From positions 1,771-65,770 of the forward strand of contig CAIKAP010000199.1 in NCBI GenBank assembly GCA_903825435.1: a stretch of DNA of 64,000 nucleotides, given 5' to 3'. A program made the position numbers and the translations under genes. The notes under the pieces are model-generated. The model saw only the letters and a program-made list of their open reading frames with translations, was not told where the DNA came from and did no database searches. Source of the DNA: an uncultured Verrucomicrobiota bacterium (lineage in GTDB: Bacteria > Verrucomicrobiota > Verrucomicrobiia > Palsa-1439). Below, one piece after another: positions 21,648-30,710 of this stretch (positions are counted from its first letter, which is position 1; every line of letters starts with the position of its first letter).

Positions 21648-22426
21648 GCAACCTACGTATTGCGGCCCGAGAGTTCCGCTCGCGGCTCATCATGGGTACG
21701 GGCAAGTTTGCCTCGGGTGAGGTCATGGCGGCTGCGTTGGCGGCGAGTGGATGCGAATTGGTGACGGTCGCGTTGCGCCGGGCGGATTTGTCGGGCAAAC
21801 AGGACCGGTTCGCCAACATCCTGTCCTATGTGGACGCAGCAAAGCACCTCTTGTTGCCGAACACCAGCGGCGCGCGCACGGCGGAGGAAGCGTGCCGTTT
21901 GGCGCGGCTCGGACGCGAAGCGACACAATCATCGTGGCTGAAACTGGAGATTCACCCCGACCCGCGCTACCTGTTGCCCGACCCAATCGAGACATTGAAG
22001 GCGGCGGAGGCGCTGGTGAAGGAAGGGTTTACAGTGTTGCCGTACATCCACGCCGATCCGGTGCTGGCGAAACGGCTGGAGGACGCCGGATGTGCGACGG
22101 TAATGCCGCTTGGTTCACCCATCGGCAGCGCACGCGGTGTTGAGACACGGGCCAGCATCGAGATCATCATCGCACAGGCAACGGTTCCCGTGGTTGTGGA
22201 TGCCGGGTTGGGTGTGCCGTCGCATGCGGCAGAGGCGATGGAGATGGGGGCTGATGCGGTGTTGGTGAACACGGCGGTCGCGGTAGCCGCCGACCCGGTG
22301 CGGATGGCGGGGGCGTTCAAGGCGGCAGTTGAAGCCGGGCGCGCGGCATACGAGATTGGGCTGGCCCCGAAACGACGGGAGGCTCAAGCCACCAGTCCGC
22401 TGACAGGGTTCTTGAACGAGAAATGA
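21644..22426 (+). CDS. thiG: Thiazole synthase
   Basis: Contains [14 protein letters not shown] and MPLGSPIGS. The typical ThiG length is reached from the ATG at 21644. Confidence 0.9.
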   Translation: MSNLRIAAREFRSRLIMGTGKFASGEVMAAALAASGCELVTVALRRADLSGKQDRFANILSYVDAAKHLLLPNTSGARTAEEACRLARLGREATQSSWLKLEIHPDPRYLLPDPIETLKAAEALVKEGFTVLPYIHADPVLAKRLEDAGCATVMPLGSPIGSARGVETRASIEIIIAQATVPVVVDAGLGVPSHAAEAMEMGADAVLVNTAVAVAADPVRMAGAFKAAVEAGRAAYEIGLAPKRREAQATSPLTGFLNEK

Positions 22427-23571
22427 GTTACGTCGCCGAATTCAACGAGCTCCCGCTCGCCAGTCTAAGCGCTTTGGCCGAAGGCGCAACCGCTGCAGAG
22501 GTCGAAACCGCGCTTGGAAGGAAACGGAAGTCACTGGAGGATTTCGCTGCGCTAACCTCCCCGGTCGCGGCGTCGCCGTCGTGCTTGGAGGAGATGGCAC
22601 GTGAGGCACACGAGTTGACCTTGAAACACTTCGGGCGCGTGATCCGTTTGTTCGCGCCGCTGTACCTCAGCAACGAGTGCGTCAACGTCTGCCGTTACTG
22701 CGGGTTTTCGCGCAATAACCCGGTTAAACGCGTGACGCTGAGCTTGGAACAGGCATTGGTGGAAGCCCGTTACCTTTGCGAGGAAGGGTTCCGCCACATT
22801 CTGCTGGTAGCGGGAGAACATCCGCGGTTCGTTTCGGCTGACTACCTGGAGAAATGTGTTGCGCGGCTGCGCTCCGACTGGCCAAGCATCTCACTGGAGG
22901 TTGGCCCTCTGGAGACAGCGAAGTACGAGCCGATCGTCCGCGAGGGTGCGGAAGGATTGGTGATTTATCAGGAGACCTACAATCGCGCCGTGTACGCCTC
23001 GATGCATCCCAAGGGGCCAAAGAAAGATTTCGATTGGCGGCTTGAAACGGCTGAGCGGGCCTACGCGGCCGGTTTTAAACGGTTGGGGATAGGTGCGCTG
23101 TTGGGGTTGGCGCCGTGGCGGACAGAGGCGGTGGCCTTGGCCGGGCATGTGGAATACCTGTTGCGGCATTGCTGGAAAGCGCAGATCACCGTCAGCATCC
23201 CCCGTCTCCGCCCGTCGGTGGGTGAATTCGATCCGACGGTGAAGGTTAGCGAACGGGAGTTGACCCAACTGGTGTGCGCATTGCGGCTGACGTTTCCGGA
23301 AGTTGGTATTGTACTCAGCACTCGTGAAGCGGCACGGTTGCGGGATGGGTTAGTGCCGTTGGGTATCACGATTATGAGCGCAGGCAGCCACACGGAGCCG
23401 GGCGGCTACACGGGGCAGGGGAATGGCGTGATTGGGTTGGAGGGAGAATACGCCACAAAGCAGTTTGAGATCGCCGATGAACGCTCTTCAGACAAAGTGG
23501 CAACTGTCTTGGCTGGAATGGGGTACGAACCGGTCTGGAAAGACTGGGATGGAGCGCTGAATGAGCCATAA
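22423..23571 (+). CDS. thiH: 2-iminoacetate synthase (radical SAM)
   Basis: [10 protein letters not shown] radical-SAM cluster motif with ThiH-like length and layout. ATGA overlap with thiG. Confidence 0.9.
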   Translation: MSYVAEFNELPLASLSALAEGATAAEVETALGRKRKSLEDFAALTSPVAASPSCLEEMAREAHELTLKHFGRVIRLFAPLYLSNECVNVCRYCGFSRNNPVKRVTLSLEQALVEARYLCEEGFRHILLVAGEHPRFVSADYLEKCVARLRSDWPSISLEVGPLETAKYEPIVREGAEGLVIYQETYNRAVYASMHPKGPKKDFDWRLETAERAYAAGFKRLGIGALLGLAPWRTEAVALAGHVEYLLRHCWKAQITVSIPRLRPSVGEFDPTVKVSERELTQLVCALRLTFPEVGIVLSTREAARLRDGLVPLGITIMSAGSHTEPGGYTGQGNGVIGLEGEYATKQFEIADERSSDKVATVLAGMGYEPVWKDWDGALNEP

Positions 23572-23776
23572 GACAGCCAGAATCGTCGTGAACGGAAAAG
23601 CGCAGCAGCTCACGCAGCCATCTTCGGTGGCTGATCTGTTGGTTGCACTTGGCTGGAAATCGACGCAGGTCGTTGTGGAGCGAAATGGGTATGTGGTACC
23701 GCGTTCCGATGTCGGGTTGGTGATGTTGGAAGAAGGCGATCAAGTGGAAATCATCTTGCCAGTGGCGGGCGGATGA
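23561..23776 (+). CDS. thiS: Sulfur carrier protein ThiS
   Basis: 71 aa ending ..ILPVAGG (C-terminal Gly-Gly). Overlaps the thiH end by 11 nt. Confidence 0.85.
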   Translation: MSHKTARIVVNGKAQQLTQPSSVADLLVALGWKSTQVVVERNGYVVPRSDVGLVMLEEGDQVEIILPVAGG

Positions 23777-23806
23777 GGTAAAAAAACAGCGAACAAGGAG
23801 GTAGTT

Positions 23807-24220
23807 ATGAAATTGAAACAGTTTGTGTTGTTTATGGTATTGTTGAGCGCTTCTTTGGCCTTTCAAGGATGTGCAGTGCTGTTGGTTGGGGCTGCCGCCG
23901 CCGGTGCCACCGGCGGGGTTGTGTCTTACTTCGGTAACGAACTGCAAACAATCCAAGAAGTTACCATCGACAAGGCTTGGACGGCTGCCCAAGCCACAGT
24001 AAGTGAGTTGCAGTTTACGACCGAGAGCAACCGTTGTCGCAAGGATGGTGTGAAGGCACTTCTCTTTTGTAGAAACGCGCAAGGTCAACAGGTTGTGTTT
24101 CAGTTATTCCGCCAGTCGGATAGGCTGACAGAGATTCGAGTGCGTGTCGGCCAGTTCGATACCGCCGCGAACCGGCAGGGTGCCCAGATGGTTTATGATA
24201 AGATGAGATCTAGGATGTAA
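23807..24220 (+). CDS. Lipoprotein, hypothetical (DUF3568-like)
   Basis: Signal peptide plus lipobox MKLKQFVLFMVLLSASLAFQGC. 137 aa. Confidence 0.6.
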   Translation: MKLKQFVLFMVLLSASLAFQGCAVLLVGAAAAGATGGVVSYFGNELQTIQEVTIDKAWTAAQATVSELQFTTESNRCRKDGVKALLFCRNAQGQQVVFQLFRQSDRLTEIRVRVGQFDTAANRQGAQMVYDKMRSRM

Positions 24221-24375
24221 TAGGTTGCGAATTAATATGTTGCTATCTTGTCTTTCTTTGTATTGATTGTTTGAAGTTTGTTCTTTTGAAGTGGCGAACA
24301 AAGAAGTTAAAGGGATGATAACAACTTTTTTGTTGCAAAAACACGGAGAGCACACTAGCTTCCAAAGTAGATAGT

Positions 24376-24452
24376 GATTCAGGAGCTTGCGCGTTCTTCA
24401 GAGGGGTTCCCCACCCCCACCTCCTTGGCGTGCGGCTCCTGAATCTCTTTTT
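24376..24452 (+). promoter_or_regulatory. Long-loop hairpin with T-run in the fab operon leader (terminator/attenuator-like)
   Basis: A perfect 11-bp stem: gattcaggagc (24376-24386) pairs with gctcctgaatc (24435-24445). It is followed by tcttttt, 20 nt before the fabD ATG, inside a 250-nt AT-rich spacer. Confidence 0.4.
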
Positions 24453-24471
24453 GTACGGAAATCAACAAGTT

Positions 24472-25401
24472 ATGAAGAAAACAGCATTGTTATTTGCAGG
24501 CCAAGGCAGTCAGAGTGTCGGCATGGGGCGCGACATATGTGAGCGCTTTGAGTGTTGTCGCACGACATTTGCTCAAGCCAATGAGATTCTGGGTCGCGAT
24601 CTTCAAAAGATCTGCTTTGAGGGGCCTGAATACCTTCTGACGCAGACCGACAATGCACAACCATGTATACTGGTGACCAGCCTTGTTTGCCTCGAAGCCT
24701 TGCGCTCCCAAGTGCCGAATCTGACGTTTGGCGCTGCTGCTGGCTTGTCGCTGGGGGAGTTTACCGCCCTGACTGCTGCGGGAGCGCTGAGTTTCCGAGA
24801 TGGACTCAACCTCATTCAGCAACGGGGACGATTCATGCAGGACGCCTGTAACTCAACCAGTGGCAGCATGGCATCCATCATTAGTATGGACGACACCGCC
24901 TTGGTTGAGGTTTGCCTGGAAGCTGACGTCGACATTGCCAACCTCAACTGCCCTGGCCAGACCGTCATCTCCGGCCAGAAGGACAAGATTGCCAAAGCTG
25001 TAGAACTGGCCAAGGCTCGGGGCGCCAAACGCGCCATTCCGCTCCAGGTCGCCGGTGCCTACCACTCCCGCCTGATGCAGGCCGCTCAGGAGAAACTGGG
25101 CACGGTCTTGGACGAGGTGACCATGCACGAATCCTCCGTGACAGTCGTTCACAACGTCACCGCCCGCCCCGCCGTTGGGGTGGGGGAGATCAAGAATCTA
25201 TTGGTGCGGCAAGTGACCTCCTCTGTCCGTTGGGCTGAGTCCATGGAATGGTTGATCGGACAGGGCTACACTCATTTCATCGAGCTTGGCCCCGGTAACG
25301 TCCTCAGCGGCCTGATGAAACGAATCAACAAAGATGTCGAGATGCTCAACGTCGCCGACTCCGCCACCTTGGATGCCACCGTTGCTAAATTGGCGGCCTA
25401 A
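24472..25401 (+). CDS. fabD: Malonyl CoA-ACP transacylase
   Basis: Contains LLFAGQGSQSVGMG and the active-site motif GLSLGEFTAL. Confidence 0.9.
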   Translation: MKKTALLFAGQGSQSVGMGRDICERFECCRTTFAQANEILGRDLQKICFEGPEYLLTQTDNAQPCILVTSLVCLEALRSQVPNLTFGAAAGLSLGEFTALTAAGALSFRDGLNLIQQRGRFMQDACNSTSGSMASIISMDDTALVEVCLEADVDIANLNCPGQTVISGQKDKIAKAVELAKARGAKRAIPLQVAGAYHSRLMQAAQEKLGTVLDEVTMHESSVTVVHNVTARPAVGVGEIKNLLVRQVTSSVRWAESMEWLIGQGYTHFIELGPGNVLSGLMKRINKDVEMLNVADSATLDATVAKLAA

Positions 25402-25452
25402 TTTCGTATATTGGAGTTGACAGCCAGCACTGTCCTCGCTACAGAAACCCCC

Positions 25453-26199
25453 ATGCAGAAACTTTTAGAAAATCGGGTTGCTGTCATTACCGGTGGCGGC
25501 CGAGGCATCGGCGAGGCCATTGCTCGACGCCTCGCCGGTGAGGGTGCGTCTGTTGCCGTCTGCGACGTGATGCTCGATAATGCCCAGAAAGTGGCCGACG
25601 ACCTCGCCGAGCTTGGTGTGAAAACGCGGGCCTACGCCGTCAATGTCACTGATGGCATCCAGGTTGCCGACATCTGTGCGAAGATCGTGGCCGACTTCGT
25701 CCGTGTTGATATCTTGGTGAACAACGCCGGTATCACCCGCGATGGCTTACTGCTCCGCATGAGTGAAGCGGACTGGGACTTGGTGCTCGACGTGAACCTC
25801 AAAGGCGCATTCCTCTTCACCAAGGGTCTCATCCCGGCGATGATGAAGCAGCGCGGCGGATCCATCGTCAACATCGCCTCGATCGTCGGTGTCCTCGGCA
25901 ACGCCGGCCAAGCCAACTACTCCGCCTCCAAGGCCGGTATGATTGGCCTGACCAAGACCGTTGCCAAGGAATACGCCAAGCGCGGCGTCCGCGCCAACGC
26001 CATTGCCCCCGGCTTCATCCAGACGGCGATGACCGACAAACTCACTGAGGAACAGAAGAAGATGCAGACTGATATCATCGGTCTCGCCCGCATGGGCCAG
26101 CCAGACGACGTCGCCAACGCCGTGCTGTTCCTAGCCAGCGACCTCTCCAGCTATGTCACCGGCCAGGTGATTGGCGTGGATGGTGGATTGCGAATTTAA
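25453..26199 (+). CDS. fabG: 3-oxoacyl-ACP reductase
   Basis: SDR motifs VAVITGGGRGIGEAIA, NNAG and YSASKAG. Confidence 0.9.
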   Translation: MQKLLENRVAVITGGGRGIGEAIARRLAGEGASVAVCDVMLDNAQKVADDLAELGVKTRAYAVNVTDGIQVADICAKIVADFVRVDILVNNAGITRDGLLLRMSEADWDLVLDVNLKGAFLFTKGLIPAMMKQRGGSIVNIASIVGVLGNAGQANYSASKAGMIGLTKTVAKEYAKRGVRANAIAPGFIQTAMTDKLTEEQKKMQTDIIGLARMGQPDDVANAVLFLASDLSSYVTGQVIGVDGGLRI

Positions 26200-26272
26200 G
26201 CAAGAAACCTTTGACAAGAAACCAAGTTCCGCATAAACAACCACACCGTTTACACAACAAGGAGAAATCCAA

Positions 26273-26518
26273 ATGGCAGACAAATCAGTGCAAGATCGCG
26301 TAAAAGAAATCATTGTCGAGCAGCTCGGCGTCAACCCGGATCAGGTCACCCCGGAAGCGAAGTTCATCGAGGACCTCGGTGCCGATTCGTTGGACACTGT
26401 TGAGTTGGTCATGGCGTTTGAAGAGGAATTTGGCGCTGAGATTCCCGACGAGGATGCTGAGAAGATGCAAGCTGTCGGCGACGTCATTAAGTACATCGAG
26501 GAACGCGGCGAGAAGTAA
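26273..26518 (+). CDS. acpP: Acyl carrier protein
   Basis: 81 aa with the phosphopantetheine site [15 protein letters not shown]. Confidence 0.95.
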   Translation: MADKSVQDRVKEIIVEQLGVNPDQVTPEAKFIEDLGADSLDTVELVMAFEEEFGAEIPDEDAEKMQAVGDVIKYIEERGEK

Positions 26519-26541
26519 TCGCGCTCTGCGTCGAAGCTGTT

Positions 26542-26589
26542 CGGGGCATAAAGTGGCAGGCCGTGCAGCGCTTTATGCCCCGTTTGTCT
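26542..26589 (+). terminator. Rho-independent terminator/attenuator between acpP and fabF
   Basis: A 12-bp stem: cggggcataaag (26542-26553) pairs with ctttatgccccg (26571-26582). It is followed by tttgtct. Confidence 0.55.
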
Positions 26590-26606
26590 AACGGCAAAGA
26601 GGGAAC

Positions 26607-27848
26607 ATGAGCCATCGTCGAGTTGTCATCACAGGCATGGGGGTAGTGACCCCGGTAGGCAGTGACTTGGAGGTCTTTTGGAAGAATCTCTTGGACGGGT
26701 GCAGTGGCATCGGGCCTGTCACTCGTTTCGATACTACCAGGTTCGACACCAAGATCGGCGGCGAGGTCAAGGACTTCAAACCCGAAGACTTCATGCCCGC
26801 CAAGGAAACCCGCCGCACCGACCGCTTCGTCCAGTACGCCGTCGGTGCCGCCAAGAAGGCGTTCGTTGATTCCCAGATCGACCTTTCGAAGGAAGACGTC
26901 AACCGCATCGGCGTCCTCGTCGGTTCTGGTATTGGCGGCATGGAGACGATTGAAGACCAGTCGCGCGCTCTCTTCGAGAAAGGGCCGTCGCGCGTTTCCC
27001 CTTTCATGATCCCAATGCTCATTATCAACATGGCCAGTGGTTACATCTCCATGTTGCTTGGCGTCAAAGGCCCCAACCTCTCCGTCGTCACCGCCTGTGC
27101 TACCGCCACCCACGCCCTCGGCGAAGCCGCTCGCATCATCGAACACGGTGACGCCGAAGTCATGATCGCCGGTGGCAGCGAAGCGGCTGTTACACAGCTC
27201 GGTTATGCCGGGTTCTGCGCCATGCGCGCCATGAGCACCCGTAACGACGAACCCGGACGCGCCAGCCGCCCCTTCGACAAAGGCCGTGACGGCTTCGTCA
27301 TGGGTGAAGGCGCCGGCGTCTGTGTCCTTGAATCCGTTGAACATGCTCAAACTCGCGGTGCTCACATCTACTGCGAGATCGCCGGCTATGGCATCACCGG
27401 TGACGCCTACCACATGAGTGCGCCTGCCCCTGATGGTGAGGGCGCCGCCCGCGCCATGGCCGCCGCGTTGAATGACGCAAAACTCAATCCCGACCAGATT
27501 GACTACATCAACGCCCACGGTACCTCGACGCCCGTCGGCGACAAGTGCGAGACGGCCGCCATCAAGAAGGTTTTCGGCGACCACGCCCGCAAACTCGCCG
27601 TCAGCTCCACGAAGTCCATGACAGGCCACCTCCTCGGCGCCGCTGGCTCCGTTGAAACCTCCATTTGTGCGTTGGCGCTCCGCGACCAGATCGTCCCGCC
27701 GACCATCAACTACGAGGAACCGGATCCCGAGTGCGACCTCGACTACGTCCCGAACAAAGCCCGCCAGATGAAAGTGGACATCTGCCTCAATAACTCCCTC
27801 GGTTTCGGCGGCCACAACGCCGCTATTATCGTCAAGAAGTTCGCGTAG
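26607..27848 (+). CDS. fabF: 3-oxoacyl-ACP synthase II
   Basis: Active-site Cys in VVTACATATHALG, plus NAHGTSTP and NSLGFGGHNA. Confidence 0.92.
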   Translation: MSHRRVVITGMGVVTPVGSDLEVFWKNLLDGCSGIGPVTRFDTTRFDTKIGGEVKDFKPEDFMPAKETRRTDRFVQYAVGAAKKAFVDSQIDLSKEDVNRIGVLVGSGIGGMETIEDQSRALFEKGPSRVSPFMIPMLIINMASGYISMLLGVKGPNLSVVTACATATHALGEAARIIEHGDAEVMIAGGSEAAVTQLGYAGFCAMRAMSTRNDEPGRASRPFDKGRDGFVMGEGAGVCVLESVEHAQTRGAHIYCEIAGYGITGDAYHMSAPAPDGEGAARAMAAALNDAKLNPDQIDYINAHGTSTPVGDKCETAAIKKVFGDHARKLAVSSTKSMTGHLLGAAGSVETSICALALRDQIVPPTINYEEPDPECDLDYVPNKARQMKVDICLNNSLGFGGHNAAIIVKKFA

Positions 27849-27899
27849 ATTCCGCTTGCAACCACTGAAGTCTTTCGTTACTTTCAACAACCCTTAGCC

Positions 27900-28103
27900 A
27901 TGAAAGAAAAGATTCATCCAAATTATAATGACGCCGTCATCCACTGCGCGTGCGGCACTGTCTTCAAGACACGCTCCACGCACAAAGATATGCGTATCGG
28001 CATCTGCTCCAAGTGCCATCCCTTCTTCACCGGCACCCAGAAGTATGTGGACACGGCTGGACGTGTCGAACGCTTCCAGAAGCGTTACGCCAAAGCCAAG
28101 TAG
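27900..28103 (+). CDS. rpmE: 50S ribosomal protein L31
   Basis: MKEKIHPNY.., with the Cys pairs CACG and [10 protein letters not shown]. Confidence 0.92.
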   Translation: MKEKIHPNYNDAVIHCACGTVFKTRSTHKDMRIGICSKCHPFFTGTQKYVDTAGRVERFQKRYAKAK

Positions 28104-28120
28104 CTATTTTCCCGAGAAAG

Positions 28121-28157
28121 ATTCGTCCCGGCGCAAGTTGGGACGAATTTTTCTTTT
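28121..28157 (+). terminator. Rho-independent terminator after rpmE
   Basis: A 9-bp stem: attcgtccc (28121-28129) pairs with gggacgaat (28140-28148). It is followed by ttttctttt. Confidence 0.6.
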
Positions 28158-28162
28158 CCCCC

Positions 28163-29230
28163 ATGAACGCCTTGCCAAATCTCGACCGCTTCCGCAAACG
28201 CGCCGCCGACCTCGAAGCCGAGCTGTCCAATCCCGCCGTCTTCGCCGACCAGCGCCGTGCCGGCGACCTTGCGCGTGAACTCCAGCGCGTTCGCAAACTC
28301 CTCACCGACGCTGACCGCTGGCAATCGCTCCAGAAACAGATTGCCGAGAACCAGCAACTCGTTACCGATCCGGAACTTGGCGAGCTTGCAAAGTCCGAAC
28401 TTGAAACCCTCCGCCACGCACTCGAATGCGCCGATCGCGACGTCCAACTCGGCCTTGTTCCGCCCGACTCGAACGATTCCCGCAACACTATCATCGAAAT
28501 CCGTGCCGGCACCGGCGGCGACGAAGCCGCGCTGTTCGGCGCCGACCTGTTCCGCATGTATAGCAAGTACGCGGACGCCCAAGACTGGAAGATCGAAGTC
28601 ATGGACACCAACCCCAGCGACCGTGGCGGCTTCAAGGAAATCATTTTTTCCGTCATTGGCCAAGACGTTTACAAAAAAATGCGCTACGAAAGCGGCGTCC
28701 ACCGTGTCCAACGCGTCCCCGAGACCGAAGCTCAAGGCCGCATCCACACTTCCACCGCCACCGTCGCCGTCCTACCCGAAGCCGAGGACGTTGACATCCA
28801 ACTTAAGCCTGAAGACCTCGACATCAGCGTCTGCCGCGCCGGCGGACCGGGTGGACAGGGTGTCAACACCACCGACAGTGCCGTCCGTATCGTGCACAAA
28901 CCCACCGGCGTCACTGTCCGTTGCGCCGACGAACGCAGCCAACTCAAGAACAAGAATAAGGCGATGCGCGTCCTCCGTTCCCGTCTCCTCGCACATAAAC
29001 AGGAACAGGAAGCGGCCAAGATGACCGCCGCCCGCCGCGACCAAGTCGGCACCGGCGACCGCAGCGAGAAGATCCGCACCTACAATTTTCCGCAGAACCG
29101 TATGACCGACCATCGTATCAACTTGACCATCCAGAATCTTCCCGCCATCCTCGAAGGCGACCTGGCAGAGTTGATCGAGGCATTGATGACCGATGACTAC
29201 AACAAACGCCTTGTGGCCAGCAGTAGTTAA
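28163..29230 (+). CDS. prfA: Peptide chain release factor 1
   Basis: GGQ motif in RAGGPGGQGVNTTDSAVR and the RF1-type tripeptide in RVPETEAQGRIHTS. The ATG at 28163 follows the terminator; the longer ORF from 27950 overlaps rpmE. Confidence 0.92.
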   Translation: MNALPNLDRFRKRAADLEAELSNPAVFADQRRAGDLARELQRVRKLLTDADRWQSLQKQIAENQQLVTDPELGELAKSELETLRHALECADRDVQLGLVPPDSNDSRNTIIEIRAGTGGDEAALFGADLFRMYSKYADAQDWKIEVMDTNPSDRGGFKEIIFSVIGQDVYKKMRYESGVHRVQRVPETEAQGRIHTSTATVAVLPEAEDVDIQLKPEDLDISVCRAGGPGGQGVNTTDSAVRIVHKPTGVTVRCADERSQLKNKNKAMRVLRSRLLAHKQEQEAAKMTAARRDQVGTGDRSEKIRTYNFPQNRMTDHRINLTIQNLPAILEGDLAELIEALMTDDYNKRLVASSS

Positions 29231-29385
29231 TCTTTTCCTATTCGAAGCGCAGTACTCAGACATTCTGAAACGTCGCGAAGACATCGCCGACCTAGGTGAC
29301 ATCTTCACCCGATAATCAAGCATGAGTGGGCTTGACGCTCTAAGCGGTGTGGGCTAGTCTGTGCGCTGTTTTGGAGACCACTCGC

Positions 29386-30690
29386 ATGAAACAAACCAGC
29401 CATGTCAGCCGCCGTGATTTTCTCAAACGTAGCGCCGTCCTTGCCGGGGCGGCGTTTGCTTTTCCGACGATTGTGCCGTCGTCGGTGTTCGGCCAGAACG
29501 CGCCGAGCAATCGCATCGCCATGGGCATGGTCGGCATGGGGCAGATGATGGGCGGGCATTTTGGCCATGTTCTTGGTCGCGATGATTGTCAGGTGCTGGC
29601 GGTTTGCGACGTCGTCCGCGAGAAACGCGAGAGCGCAAAGGCGCGTACCGAGAGTTTGTACGCGAAGAAATCCGGAGCCGGTTCGTACAAGGGGTGCGAC
29701 GCGTATATCGAGTTCGAGCGGATCATGGAACGCAAGGACATTGATGCAGTTGTGGTTGTGACGCCTGACCATTGGCATGCGCCGATTTCGAACATGGCGA
29801 TGCGCCACGGCAAGGATGTATATTGCCAGAAGCCGATGACGTTGACGATTTGCGAGGGGCGAATCATGAGTGACGTGCAACGCCAATACGGCGCCGTCTT
29901 CCAAGTCGGTTCGCAGCAGCGCAGCGAACGCGCGTTCCGCAAGGCGTGCGAGATCGTTCGCAACGGTTGGATCGGCAATGTCCACACCATTTACGCGGGC
30001 CTCGGCGATTTCCCGCCTCCGCAGACGTTGCCGGAGCAGCCGATTCCGGAGGGATTCGATTACGACCGCTGGCTCGGCCCGACGCCGTGGTACCCGTACA
30101 ACGAGAACCGTGTCAAGGGTAGCTATGGCGGCGGCTGGCGATGCTTTTGGGATTACGGCTCGCGCAAAAACGGTGACTGGGGCGCGCACCATTTTGACAT
30201 CATCCAGTGGGCGCTCGGCATGGATCACAGTGGTCCGGTGCAGTTTATCCCGAAAGGTTACAATGGGAACCGGTATCAGACCCACATCTACGCCGACGGC
30301 ACGAAAGTTCTCCGCGATCATCCCGACCGCAAAGGTCACATGATCCGGTTCATCGGCGACAAGGGCGAAGTCTGCGTCAGTCGCGGCGATAAGCTCGACA
30401 CGATCCCCGTTGAGCTGAAAGACCGTCCGTTCGACGTGAGCGACATCAAGCTGTACGCCGTTACGCGTGGTCACGAAGACAACTGGATCGAGTGCATCAA
30501 GACCCGCAAGCCCACCATCTGCACCGCCGAGATCGGCCATCGTACAGCGACCATCTGCCATCTTAGTGGCATTGCGGAACGCCTCAGTCGCCCGCTGAAA
30601 TGGGATCCCGACAAGGAACAAATCATCGGCGACGCCGAGGCTACGCGCTGGATGGACCGCCCGCGCCGCGCACCGTACACCTACATTTGA
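29386..30690 (+). CDS. Gfo/Idh/MocA family oxidoreductase with twin-arginine signal
   Basis: TAT signal SRRDFLKRSAVLAGAAFA, an N-terminal Rossmann motif (IAMGMVGMGQMMGG), and a typical length for the family. Confidence 0.85.
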   Translation: MKQTSHVSRRDFLKRSAVLAGAAFAFPTIVPSSVFGQNAPSNRIAMGMVGMGQMMGGHFGHVLGRDDCQVLAVCDVVREKRESAKARTESLYAKKSGAGSYKGCDAYIEFERIMERKDIDAVVVVTPDHWHAPISNMAMRHGKDVYCQKPMTLTICEGRIMSDVQRQYGAVFQVGSQQRSERAFRKACEIVRNGWIGNVHTIYAGLGDFPPPQTLPEQPIPEGFDYDRWLGPTPWYPYNENRVKGSYGGGWRCFWDYGSRKNGDWGAHHFDIIQWALGMDHSGPVQFIPKGYNGNRYQTHIYADGTKVLRDHPDRKGHMIRFIGDKGEVCVSRGDKLDTIPVELKDRPFDVSDIKLYAVTRGHEDNWIECIKTRKPTICTAEIGHRTATICHLSGIAERLSRPLKWDPDKEQIIGDAEATRWMDRPRRAPYTYI

Positions 30691-30710
30691 TCCGGAATGG
30701 AATTACGACA

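Noticed and set aside
26487-27890. 467-aa ORF on the minus strand covering all of fabF
   Set aside because: It is exactly antisense to a gene with unambiguous FabF motifs. Its translation is Gly/Ala/Val/Asp-rich with no motif, which is the typical shadow ORF of a high-GC gene.
27950-28162. N-terminal extension of the prfA ORF overlapping rpmE
   Set aside because: The extension overlaps the rpmE coding region in another frame and crosses a good rho-independent terminator. RF1 similarity starts at the ATG at 28163.
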